This document shows positions 9,576-18,494 of a stretch of DNA of 64,000 nt, one piece after another. The position numbers were made by a program, and so were the translations under genes. The first letter of the stretch is position 1, and each line of letters opens with the position of its first letter. A model generated the notes under the pieces. It made no database searches. It was given only the letters and a program-made list of their open reading frames with translations, and was not told where the DNA came from. The stretch covers positions 1 through 64,000 of IMG/VR virus record IMGVR_UViG_3300025011_000030; one strand, given 5' to 3'. The DNA comes from a virus.

Positions 9576-10467
9576 GGAAAGTTTACCTCAGGACGTTGAA
9601 CTCGACAAGGACGGTAAGAAAATCGTCTTTAAGGTAGAACCGGGAATGAACCCACAGGATATTCTTTGTACAACTTATCAAATGAGGAATTTTTTCAGGC
9701 AATTCGCAGACGGCTTTTTTAGTAACTTGGACGTGATGAACTATATTCAGCATCATAAGGCTGCTCTACTAGCGAAGAAGGACATGGTGCTTGTAGATGT
9801 GTGTTGTGGCCGGTCGTTGATGCTTCCGTTACTTAGATATCATGCCAAAACCATTAAAAGTTATACCGGCGTAGACATATGCGAAAAGAACATTCGCGAG
9901 GCTAAAAGTCGCTCAGGTATTCGTAAATTAGAGGAAGACGAATATCAAACCTACTACCCGTTCAACGTTAACTGGATACAGTCAAACGTGGCTGAAATGG
10001 CTCAGCATATTGAGCATAGGTCAGTTGACTTTATAATTTACACGTCGGCTATTGAGCACATGCATAAGGATCACGGTTATCAGTCCTTAATCGAGTGCTA
10101 TAAAATTATGTCTGATACTGGGTTTATGTTTCTAAGCTGCCCAAATACGCCTGGAAACGGTTATAATACTCAGTACGCTGCTCACGTTTACGAGTGGGGT
10201 TACGATGAGTTGAAGCAGTCTCTCGACGAAATTGGGTTTCAAATCGATAGCGAGGTTGGCCTTGTAGCAGGTGCTCGGGAGCTTGAGGACATGTACAAGC
10301 GAATGGGCGGGGAGTTGCACTCCTTCTACCTTAAAATGAAACAGTACATGCCCACAGCTTGGTTGACTGCTTTTATGGCCGTACCTTTCCCGGAAATGGC
10401 TAAAGAAGTACTGTTCATTGTCACTAAAAAGACAAATAAAGGGCCGAAACAGAAGAGCCTATTTTAA
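9553..10467 (+). CDS. Class I SAM-dependent methyltransferase with C-terminal QKSLF motif
   Basis: LVDVCCGRS motif I, YTGVDI, DFIIYTSAIEHM, LSCPN. Confidence 0.85.
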   Translation: MQDPEVSEESLPQDVELDKDGKKIVFKVEPGMNPQDILCTTYQMRNFFRQFADGFFSNLDVMNYIQHHKAALLAKKDMVLVDVCCGRSLMLPLLRYHAKTIKSYTGVDICEKNIREAKSRSGIRKLEEDEYQTYYPFNVNWIQSNVAEMAQHIEHRSVDFIIYTSAIEHMHKDHGYQSLIECYKIMSDTGFMFLSCPNTPGNGYNTQYAAHVYEWGYDELKQSLDEIGFQIDSEVGLVAGARELEDMYKRMGGELHSFYLKMKQYMPTAWLTAFMAVPFPEMAKEVLFIVTKKTNKGPKQKSLF

Positions 10468-10482
10468 GGAGGTAGTTTATAA

Positions 10483-10716
10483 ATGCAAATTTTAGGTTTG
10501 GGAGGTCGTTCAGGAATACCTGTTGAGTTGGCTGCTCGTATAAAGTTAAGGCCTGAGCCGGAAAAGCCTCAATACAGTAAAATGTCAGAAGAAGATGCTC
10601 AGAAAATTATGCAGCGATTACGAGGTACAAAAAAGAAAAGGAGTAAGGTGCTTCGACGTATTCGTAACAAAATAGCTCGTCACAGCCGTAAAATGAACCG
10701 TCGCCGTGCCGGTTAA
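10483..10716 (+). CDS. Small basic hypothetical protein
   Basis: GGAGGT RBS; Arg/Lys-rich C-terminus. Confidence 0.7.
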   Translation: MQILGLGGRSGIPVELAARIKLRPEPEKPQYSKMSEEDAQKIMQRLRGTKKKRSKVLRRIRNKIARHSRKMNRRRAG

Positions 10717-10726
10717 ACCGATAATT

Positions 10727-10756
10727 AAAAAGCCCAATTAAGGGCTTTTTATTTTT
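10727..10756 (+). terminator. Intrinsic terminator
   Basis: AAAAAGCCC-AATTAA-GGGCTTTTT. Confidence 0.65.
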
Positions 10757-10766
10757 CAAAAACATG

Positions 10767-10833
10767 TTGACATTCCTGAGGAAATAGTTTATAATAGTAG
10801 AAAGAGGAAAACAAATAAAGGGAGGCCAAACAA
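10767..10833 (+). promoter_or_regulatory. SigA-type promoter with GAGGAA boxes and a conserved leader
   Basis: TTGACA-17-TATAAT; leader shared with 33779-33860 and 49199-49266 (-). Confidence 0.75.
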
Positions 10834-10992
10834 ATGAAATCAGTCGTAAACGTAATATGCAAAAGCACTGGTGAACAAGGTCGCGCAGTAATCACAGAAG
10901 ATTCAGTATTCGTTAAAGTATACATGGGAGGAGCAGTTAAGCCCGTCACCGTTCCAGTAACTACATTCGAGAAAAACTATACAGTAAAATAG
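10834..10992 (+). CDS. 52-aa protein, paralogue of the N-terminal domain of 33861..34547
   Basis: MKSVVNVICKSTGEQGRAVITED...VTTFEKNY; GGGAGG RBS; below the ORF-track size cutoff. Confidence 0.75.
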   Translation: MKSVVNVICKSTGEQGRAVITEDSVFVKVYMGGAVKPVTVPVTTFEKNYTVK

Positions 10993-11003
10993 GTCAGTTC
11001 AGA

Positions 11004-11043
11004 AGCCTGTCAGCTTAAAAAGCTCGCAGGCTTTTTTATATAA
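11004..11043 (+). terminator. Intrinsic terminator fused with a putative phage-sigma promoter (copy 2 of the 40-nt repeat)
   Basis: 38/40 identical to 5620-5659. Confidence 0.7.
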
Positions 11044-11060
11044 CGTATTGAGGTGACGTA

Positions 11061-11954
11061 TTGATGTTTAAATTGTATTACGCCGGTACTCAGGAAGCTT
11101 GTGAATATAAGCTGGTTGAAAACGGTAACTTGCGGCTCGTTAGTTATGCAGATTCTAAGAAAACAATTAACCAATGGATTGAAAGGGAAACTCCTGTTTT
11201 TATGGATTCAGGTGCATATTCGGCATTCACTCGTAACGCCTATATTGACATTGATTTTTACATAGACTATGTTAATTTCCTTGACGAATATTTGATTTGT
11301 TTTGCCCAACTTGACGTTATACCAGGCGAACCGGGGAAACCTAAAACTCAGGCTCAACTGCTAAAATCGGCCGAAGATACTTGGCAGAATTATTTGTATA
11401 TGCGAGAAAGAGTTAAAAACGTAGATAAGTGCTTACCTGTATTTCATCGAGGTTCGGACTTTATGTTTTTAAACAGGTTACTAGCTTTCGAGCCTAAAAT
11501 TGATTATATGGCCCTTGGAGCTTTAGTGGGTGCTTCGTCTGTTGAGCGAGATATTTGGCTAACTAAGGTGTTTAAAGTTATTGCAGCGAGCCCTAACCCG
11601 AATGTTAAAGTTCATGCCTTCGGTATGACGAGTTTAAAGCTGTTAGAGCGCTTTCCGTTTTACAGTGCAGACTCGACGTCATGGATAATGACTGGAAGTA
11701 ACGGGTTGATAATGACTCAGTTCGGTAATCTGTTAGTTTCAGGCAAGGCTACAAAAGATTCGCGCCATATCAACAATTTATCAAAGGAGCATTTTCAGGC
11801 AGTTAAAACATATGTTGAGGAAAAGGGTTTTACTTTGGAAGGACTAGCTGAAAAATACATTGACCGCATTCTACTGAATGTCGCTTACCTGACAGACTGG
11901 TCTAGAAGTTATCAGTATAAACCGAAACAGGTAGCTCAAAATCGTTTATTTTAA
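11061..11954 (+). CDS. dpdA: TGT/DpdA-like transglycosylase, paralogue 1 (ends QNRLF)
   Basis: FMDSGAYS, AQLDVI, LPVFH, ALGAL, VHAFG, SADSTSW; next to preQ0 synthesis genes. Confidence 0.8.
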   Translation: MMFKLYYAGTQEACEYKLVENGNLRLVSYADSKKTINQWIERETPVFMDSGAYSAFTRNAYIDIDFYIDYVNFLDEYLICFAQLDVIPGEPGKPKTQAQLLKSAEDTWQNYLYMRERVKNVDKCLPVFHRGSDFMFLNRLLAFEPKIDYMALGALVGASSVERDIWLTKVFKVIAASPNPNVKVHAFGMTSLKLLERFPFYSADSTSWIMTGSNGLIMTQFGNLLVSGKATKDSRHINNLSKEHFQAVKTYVEEKGFTLEGLAEKYIDRILLNVAYLTDWSRSYQYKPKQVAQNRLF

Positions 11955-11970
11955 AAGGAATGATTTACTA

Positions 11971-12828
11971 ATGTTTAACTTTTACTTTACCGGAGGTGTA
12001 CCGGCCGAGGCCGACGACCTTGTAGGCGATAACGTTCTTTTAAGTTATGCTACAGACAGGAGAGGAATCATAAAGCGATACGACCGAGGCCGGTCAACTT
12101 TTGTTGACTCAGGAGCTTTTACTGCCTACACGAAAGGTATAAATGTTGATATTGACGAATACGTCAATTTCGTTAATGCATATGACGAATATATTTCGTA
12201 TTTTGCTCAACTTGATGTGATACCCGGCAGTTACGGGCTATCTGCCGAACAAACGACTGATATCACTTTGAAGAATTATTTGTATATGTTAAGTCGTACT
12301 AAAAGCCCTTGTAAGTTAATCCCAGTATTTCATCGTGGTTCTAATTTAAACTATTTAAAGCAGTTGATTCATACAGGTACAGAGTATATAGGTCTTGGGG
12401 CAATGGCTAAAGTTCCTGAAAAAGAACGTGCGATTTGGCTGACAGAAGTTTTTAAACTAATACCGTCACAAGTTAAAGTTCATGCATTTGGTCTTACTAG
12501 CTTTGACCTACTGGAGCGGTTTCCGTTTTACAGCGCAGACTCGACGTCGTGGTTGATTTATGCGGTGAATGGTCGTTTAATAACTGATTTTGGAAATTAT
12601 ATTGTTATTTCACAAGGTAGAAAAAAGCTTCGGTGCCATGTTGAGCACAAAGGTGAGCTCATAAAAGATACTTTGTATGATTTTATACGAGAGCGCGGCT
12701 TTGAACCTGAACAGCTAATAAACGACCCAAAATCTCGGTTGTTATGGAATATAAAATACATGCTTGAGTGGGTCAACAAATATCAGTATAAACCTGCTAA
12801 ACAAGTCAGTCAAACTAAGTTGTTTTGA
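11971..12828 (+). CDS. dpdA: TGT/DpdA-like transglycosylase, paralogue 2 (ends QTKLF)
   Basis: FVDSGAFT, AQLDVI, IPVFH, GLGAM, VHAFG, SADSTSW. Confidence 0.8.
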   Translation: MFNFYFTGGVPAEADDLVGDNVLLSYATDRRGIIKRYDRGRSTFVDSGAFTAYTKGINVDIDEYVNFVNAYDEYISYFAQLDVIPGSYGLSAEQTTDITLKNYLYMLSRTKSPCKLIPVFHRGSNLNYLKQLIHTGTEYIGLGAMAKVPEKERAIWLTEVFKLIPSQVKVHAFGLTSFDLLERFPFYSADSTSWLIYAVNGRLITDFGNYIVISQGRKKLRCHVEHKGELIKDTLYDFIRERGFEPEQLINDPKSRLLWNIKYMLEWVNKYQYKPAKQVSQTKLF

Positions 12829-12840
12829 GGAGGTGCTCTT

Positions 12841-13722
12841 ATAGGTTTCAACTTATATTTAGCTTCAAGTATGCCAAAATATATAGACGAGTATATTCAA
12901 CAGCACGGAGATAACGTGTTGTTAAGTTATGCAATAAATAAAGCCGACATACGAAAAAGGTTCAATCAAGGTCGGCCTACATTTGTTGACTGTGGTGCTT
13001 ACTTCGCCTATACAAAAGGTATTTACCTTGACATTGACGAGTACATAGATTTCGTTAATGCTTACAATGAATATGTAAGTATGTTCGCTCAACTTGACGT
13101 AATACCCGAAAAAACGGGTCAAGACGTTACTGCAGCAGAAACCACATGGTTAAATTTCCTGTATATGTATTCGCGGGTTAAAAGTCCACACAAATTATTA
13201 CCCGTATTTCATGCCGGTTCTTCTTTAACAGTTTTAGTTAAAATTCTTAAGTTTAAGCCTAAAATTGATTACATGGCCCTTGGAGCTTTAGTGGGTATGG
13301 GAACTAACGACCGTAAAAACTATATTGAAAAGGTGTTTAAGATAATTCAAAATAGCTCTAATCCTACTATCAAAGTACATGCATTTGGAATGACTGATCT
13401 TAGGATTTTAGAAATGTTTCCATTTGAAAGTGCAGATTCGGCTTCTTGGAAAATTAACGCGGGTAACGGTGAAATGTTGACTGACTTTGGCTATACAGCA
13501 GTTAGTTCCGGTAAAATAGGTCAACCTAATCACATTTTTAAACGGTCTAAGGTTGACCAAGAAAAGTTTATACGTTACGTCGAAGCACAGAGTGATGAAC
13601 CGTTTGACATACTACGTGAAAGCTATAAACTTCGACTTCTGTAGAATGTTAAATATTTCATAAATTGGGCTAAAAACTACAAACGAGTCAGTAAAAACGT
13701 GACGCAGACCGAGCTGTTTTGA
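12841..13722 (+). pseudogene. dpdA: TGT/DpdA-like paralogue 3 with ATA start and in-frame TAG at 13642; frame continues to QTELF-stop
   Basis: FVDCGAYF, AQLDVI, VHAFG, SADSASW; LRLL*NVKYF aligns with SRLLWNIKYM of paralogue 2. Confidence 0.78.
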
Positions 13723-13747
13723 GGTGTCTTATAATCGTTTAAAGGTT

Positions 13748-13779
13748 GCTTTACAAAGGGCCGACGATTATTTATATAT
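13748..13779 (+). promoter_or_regulatory. Putative phage-sigma promoter
   Basis: GCTTTACAAA...TTTATATATT, same spacing class as the other sites. Confidence 0.5.
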
Positions 13780-13824
13780 TAGTAAGTAACAAAGGCAATT
13801 AAATTATTTTGAGGAGGTTTTTCC

Positions 13825-14910
13825 GTGACGTTGAAGTTTGAAATTCAGACAGCGAAATTAAACACAATGCTGTCTAAGGTAGCTAAGGGGGTTGGGAACA
13901 GTAAGATATTACCCAGCACCGAGTATTTAAAAATCAACCTAGATAAGGGCGAGCTTAAAATCACTTCTACTAACTGCGTGAACTTTATTACTTGTATCAG
14001 CCGAGGTGTTGCCGGTACTGCGGGTGAGATTATTGTTAAGGCCGATGCCTTAATCAAACTGGTAGCTAAAACCACGAAAGAAATTATGACGTTTGTTGCT
14101 ACCGAAACTCATGTAGAGGTAAAAGGTAACGGTAAGTATAAGATCCCTTTACTCGAAACCAACGATTTTCCTGTTTACGAGTTCGACGTTGCAGTGCCGG
14201 GTGTGCAAATTGATGTCAAGGCTTTGAAGGCTGCGTTCGCTATTAATAAGTCGGCTATTGCCACCGAAATGTTGATGCCGTGCTTAACTGGTTATAACGT
14301 TGGTGATAACTGCATCACCACTGACGGTGTTAAGATGTGTATTAACAATAACAAGTTCCCTTTGACCGACAGGCTGTTGATCACTCAGGACTTGGCTACG
14401 CTACTGAATGTACTGTCCGTAGACAAAATGACGGTTCAGAAGCAAGATAATAAACTGCTGTTCACTTCTACTGAGGCTATTATTTTCGGTACTGAGTTAG
14501 ACGGTTTAAGTGAGTATCCGAATATTTCAGGTATAACTGCAGTCGAATTCGCCGGCAGGTCTGTAGTATTTAAGGACCAGTTAACCAGTGCTGTTGACCG
14601 TTTGGCTATCTTTGTTGATCCGTTCGATAACAACGGCATTCGCATGACGTTCAAGCCTGAGAACCTTGAGATTGAAGACCTTAAACAAAACAGCTTAGAG
14701 GTTCTTAAGTACGTCGGCGAAGAAAAACCCACTGAGCCGGTTACTGTACTAATTAACATTGAGTATTTTAAAGACATTATCGGTGTATTATCTATGCCTA
14801 CAGTAGACATCCGTTATGGGCCTGAACTGCCCATGGTTAAGATTGTTGAGAAAGACGTTATTCAAATACTTAGTACAATGGATCAGGAGGATACCACTGG
14901 TGCCGCTTAA
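13825..14910 (+). CDS. dnaN: DNA polymerase III beta subunit-like sliding clamp
   Basis: 361 aa; DFPV, TTDG, YPNI, AVDRL, INIEYFKD match DnaN landmarks. Confidence 0.88.
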   Translation: MTLKFEIQTAKLNTMLSKVAKGVGNSKILPSTEYLKINLDKGELKITSTNCVNFITCISRGVAGTAGEIIVKADALIKLVAKTTKEIMTFVATETHVEVKGNGKYKIPLLETNDFPVYEFDVAVPGVQIDVKALKAAFAINKSAIATEMLMPCLTGYNVGDNCITTDGVKMCINNNKFPLTDRLLITQDLATLLNVLSVDKMTVQKQDNKLLFTSTEAIIFGTELDGLSEYPNISGITAVEFAGRSVVFKDQLTSAVDRLAIFVDPFDNNGIRMTFKPENLEIEDLKQNSLEVLKYVGEEKPTEPVTVLINIEYFKDIIGVLSMPTVDIRYGPELPMVKIVEKDVIQILSTMDQEDTTGAA

Positions 14911-15679
14911 ACAGTTAGCTAAAAACATTGCTCAGGCCAAACAGGTTAAAACACTTGAACAAGAGTTTTTATACATGTTAACTGAAACTATTTCCTTAAT
15001 GGTAGAGAAAGAGAAGCGAAAGCCTTCTCTTTCTTATAAGCCCAGTTCGTTGGCCGGTTGTCCTAGAAACATTTATTTTCAAGTTACAGGCATTACTCCA
15101 GATGAGGTCAGAGAAACTGCCACAGGTATTGGTATTCAGGAAAGTGGTACAGACAGGCACCTTCGGTTACAAAAAGCAGTTTCGTTAATTAGGCAGCATG
15201 GATTTGATTGTGATTGGATACCTGTGAAAGAGTACCTAAAAGTACACCCTCAGCCTGGGACTGTAATAGTTAAAGAAGACGGATTTGAGACCAAGTGCAA
15301 GAATACTGTCTTGAACCTTAGCTTCATGTGTGACGGCATTATTCGGTTGAAAAGTATTTACTGCGTACTTGAAATTAAAACTGAAGCTAGTTTTAAATGG
15401 ATGCCTCGGTATGAAATAGAAATTGATCATAAAATTCAAGCCGCTTGTTACTCTATTGCGTTTGGTATTGACCGAGTTATATTCTTATATGAGGATAGGG
15501 ACTTATGCCGTAAAAAGCCGTATTTGTACAATGTCACTAATCGGGATAAAGAAGAACTTGTTATTGCTAAAATAGAGTCTTGCGAGAACCATATTCGGCA
15601 AAATACTGTACCGCCTAAAAGTGACAGGGTTAAGGATTGTACGTATTGCCGGTATAAAAAAGAGTGCCGAAAGTATTGA
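14900..15679 (+). CDS. Cas4-like PD-(D/E)XK exonuclease
   Basis: PSSLAGCPR, GT..H, CDG, LEIKT, QAACY, CTYCRYKKEC. Confidence 0.85.
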   Translation: MPLKQLAKNIAQAKQVKTLEQEFLYMLTETISLMVEKEKRKPSLSYKPSSLAGCPRNIYFQVTGITPDEVRETATGIGIQESGTDRHLRLQKAVSLIRQHGFDCDWIPVKEYLKVHPQPGTVIVKEDGFETKCKNTVLNLSFMCDGIIRLKSIYCVLEIKTEASFKWMPRYEIEIDHKIQAACYSIAFGIDRVIFLYEDRDLCRKKPYLYNVTNRDKEELVIAKIESCENHIRQNTVPPKSDRVKDCTYCRYKKECRKY

Positions 15680-15689
15680 GGTGACCTCC

Positions 15690-16169
15690 GTGGCATCTAA
15701 AGGAAAACCGTTTGAAGAAGCTTTCAAGGAAGCTTGCGTAAAGTTACAGCCGTCGGTATCAGTAGATCGGTTGTACGACCCTCAAGGTCGTTTGAAGAAT
15801 GTTCGTAACATTTGTGACTTTATAGTGTTCAAATACCCAAATCAGTATTATTTTGAGTTGAAAGATTACGCATTAAGTCGCATAAATTTTAAGGTTATTT
15901 CGGAAGATCAACTTACAGGTCTATTAAAGAAAAGTCAACTGGAACATGTAGTAGCCGGAGTCATATTTAATTTTCGCCTACATGAGTCGGCTTATTTCGT
16001 AAATATACAGCGAATATACGAGTTAATGCTTGACGGGCATAAGTCTATTTCAGTGCAAGAGGCGGCCGAAATAGGTTTCTTGCTACCCGGGGGAAAGAAA
16101 ATAACTCGTTTCCGTTACGACGTGCATTCGTTGTTGAGTGCATTGGAAAAGGAGGATTTTAAATGTTAG
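15690..16169 (+). CDS. RecU-like Holliday junction resolvase
   Basis: GKPFEE, ICDFI, FELK, QL..L, GVIFNF. Confidence 0.7.
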   Translation: MASKGKPFEEAFKEACVKLQPSVSVDRLYDPQGRLKNVRNICDFIVFKYPNQYYFELKDYALSRINFKVISEDQLTGLLKKSQLEHVVAGVIFNFRLHESAYFVNIQRIYELMLDGHKSISVQEAAEIGFLLPGGKKITRFRYDVHSLLSALEKEDFKC

Positions 16170-16744
16170 ATATAAACGAGTCAATTGAAACTCGTATTTT
16201 AACATTGTGGCAACAAGTAGAAGAAAACAGTATGATTATTGAAAATATTGTTGACTCGTTGGTCGGTAAGTATAATACAGAACTTGAAGAGTTTATTGCG
16301 CAAACAAGTGATCTGTTGGCCGATGGTGAGCATACGTTAACTGACGATGAGCTCGAAGCAGTTACTTTGAAAATACCTATTTTCATGTATTTCACAAGTA
16401 GCGGTTTAGAGGATTTGGGAGTTGGAGTAGACAGTGCTAAGGCCGTGCGGCTAGATGCTTTTGACTCGTTCTATGTGGCTGCTGAAGGTACTATACAGGA
16501 TAAGACAAAAGTAGCCCAGTTAAATACATTTCCAGAGTATTTAGTTGAAATTGCTTTTCAACGAGCTTATAAGAAATTGAAGGTTCAATTAGACATGGCT
16601 GAACATATATTCAGCGGGGTTAAAAAGATCATAACTAAGCGCATCGCCGAACTGGAGTTATCCGGTCGCGAGTTAAACTACCATCAGTCGCCTGATACGG
16701 CGAGTCGACCAGCACCTGTCAAAGAGGAGCGGGAGAGTTTCTAA
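16163..16744 (+). CDS. Hypothetical helical protein in the recombination cluster
   Basis: Long ORF with AGGAGG RBS. Confidence 0.7.
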   Translation: MLDINESIETRILTLWQQVEENSMIIENIVDSLVGKYNTELEEFIAQTSDLLADGEHTLTDDELEAVTLKIPIFMYFTSSGLEDLGVGVDSAKAVRLDAFDSFYVAAEGTIQDKTKVAQLNTFPEYLVEIAFQRAYKKLKVQLDMAEHIFSGVKKIITKRIAELELSGRELNYHQSPDTASRPAPVKEERESF

Positions 16745-17202
16745 TGTGTGCAGCAAAAGTAAAACCCTTTCAAAATACATTATGGAATACGGCTGCAGCT
16801 CCTTCATTCAAACCACCGAAAACGAGGGAAGTGCCGTATTCCCTTGCATTTAAAAAATATTGGGACGATGCTACTCACCCAATACAAAGTAAAATATTCA
16901 AACGGAGGCGACAATGCCTTGTTCATAAATATTTATACTATGTATTAGACGTTAATGTTATTCCGGACAGTCTGTACGACGTATGGGAAAAACAGTTGAG
17001 GGAACTGGTTAATAGTCACCCAGCTGAGGCTGCTGAAGTAGTGTATCACAACATATGCCCGGCACTTGTACCGGGATCTAGTAATAGTTATGATTACCCA
17101 GTTCGAATTGTAGTAGAGGCCGAAATGTTACGTTCCTATAAACAGGAGGTTACTAATGAATCCGGTACAAAAGGTAGTACACGAAATCAACAAGAAGTAT
17201 AA
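16744..17202 (+). CDS. Protein with a standalone NAD-dependent ligase subdomain Ia-like region
   Basis: HKYLYYVLDVNVIPDSLYDVWEKQLREL resembles the LigA H...YY..D.P.ISD.EYD...EL pattern. Confidence 0.6.
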   Translation: MCAAKVKPFQNTLWNTAAAPSFKPPKTREVPYSLAFKKYWDDATHPIQSKIFKRRRQCLVHKYLYYVLDVNVIPDSLYDVWEKQLRELVNSHPAEAAEVVYHNICPALVPGSSNSYDYPVRIVVEAEMLRSYKQEVTNESGTKGSTRNQQEV

Positions 17203-18334
17203 GCAAGAAATTATAACGTTGGGCCCTAAGCATTTGTATGTAGAGCGTATACCTTTCAGCAGCCCGCGGGCTAACTATATGACTTATGGAGGTATTCCTG
17301 TAGGTAAAGCTACCGAAATATTAGGGCCGGAGAATGGAGGTAAAACAACAACTGCCTTAGACATTGTAGCTAATGCCCAGCGAGTAGCTAGTCGAAATTG
17401 GAATACCTCAATGCAGTTAGCTATGCAGGCTCACCAACAGTTGAAGGAAAAGAACAATAAAGTAGATCAAAAGGAGATACTAAAGCTTGAGGAACAAATT
17501 GATTTACTTAATACTAATGGAGCACGTGAAGTAGCTTATTTCGATAGTGAAAATACTTTGGACGAAGATTGGGCAGAAATTAACGGCGTCGACCTCGACC
17601 TCCTTTATATTGCACGACCGCAAGACCATACAGCCGAACAGGTACTTCAAATGATGCTTGACTTGATTGACAGTGATCATTTATTGTGTTTAGTGCTTGA
17701 CAGTATCCCAATGTTAGTACCGCAACAAATTTATGAAGCCGATTTGGAGAAGAAATCTTACGCAGGTGCATCCGGGCCTCTCAGTGAGTTCAGCAAAAAA
17801 GTTTCAGGTAAGATAAGCCAAAATCATACTGCATTAGTATTGATCAACCAGGTAAGGGAAGACCTGGTCAATACTTATAATATGTATAAAACACCTGGAG
17901 GTAGAGCACTTAAACATTTGTATTCACTTCGGTTATTTTGCCGTAAAGGTTCACTTATAGACATAGACAACAGTGAATTGAAGCAAAGTGCAGCCGAGCC
18001 TGCGGGTAATTTAGTAGATATAACTCTTGTTAAGACTAAAATATTTAAACCCAATCGCCGTTTAGGTTTCTATACGTTAAATTATAATTCAGGGATAGAC
18101 GTTTTGGCCGATACTGTTGACATGGCTATCAAATACGATTTACTTAGACAGGCGGGTGCTTGGTTTTATATCATAGAGCACGAAACTGGTGACGTACTGA
18201 GTATTGAAGGTGAACCGTTGAAGTTTCAGGGAAAGGCTAAATTATTGGAATTTTTACGTGATGATACTATTGTATTTAATGAAATTTACCAGAAGGTTCA
18301 TGCATTGGTTACAAGCAGCGAAAATAATACATAA
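17156..18334 (+). CDS. recA: RecA/UvsX-like recombinase
   Basis: GGIP.G, GPENGGKTT, LVLDSI, INQVR, TPGGRALKH, AGAWF. Confidence 0.93.
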   Translation: MNPVQKVVHEINKKYKQEIITLGPKHLYVERIPFSSPRANYMTYGGIPVGKATEILGPENGGKTTTALDIVANAQRVASRNWNTSMQLAMQAHQQLKEKNNKVDQKEILKLEEQIDLLNTNGAREVAYFDSENTLDEDWAEINGVDLDLLYIARPQDHTAEQVLQMMLDLIDSDHLLCLVLDSIPMLVPQQIYEADLEKKSYAGASGPLSEFSKKVSGKISQNHTALVLINQVREDLVNTYNMYKTPGGRALKHLYSLRLFCRKGSLIDIDNSELKQSAAEPAGNLVDITLVKTKIFKPNRRLGFYTLNYNSGIDVLADTVDMAIKYDLLRQAGAWFYIIEHETGDVLSIEGEPLKFQGKAKLLEFLRDDTIVFNEIYQKVHALVTSSENNT

Positions 18335-18370
18335 AATAAGCCCGGGTAAATGTTAACCCGGGCTTATTTT
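18333..18370. terminator. Bidirectional intrinsic terminator
   Basis: AAAATAAGCCCGGGT...ACCCGGGCTTATTTT. Confidence 0.75.
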
Positions 18371-18418
18371 ATACCTACATAACAGTAAAATTTCAAGTGA
18401 TTTTACGTCATAAAAGTA

Positions 18419-18447
18419 TTGCATATTACTATATAATATGTTATTAT
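18419..18447 (+). promoter_or_regulatory. Extended -10 SigA-type promoter with a perfect operator in the spacer
   Basis: TTGCAT-17-TATTAT with TG; CATATTA-CTATA-TAATATG. Confidence 0.75.
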
Positions 18448-18494
18448 ATTTGTGGGTAGGAAAGTTACCCGTAAAACGGAGGGAGGCCAAATAA

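Noticed and set aside
14900-15679. CRISPR-Cas system suggested by the Cas4-like gene
   Set aside because: No repeat-spacer array or other cas genes were seen; solo Cas4-like exonucleases are common in phage recombination modules.
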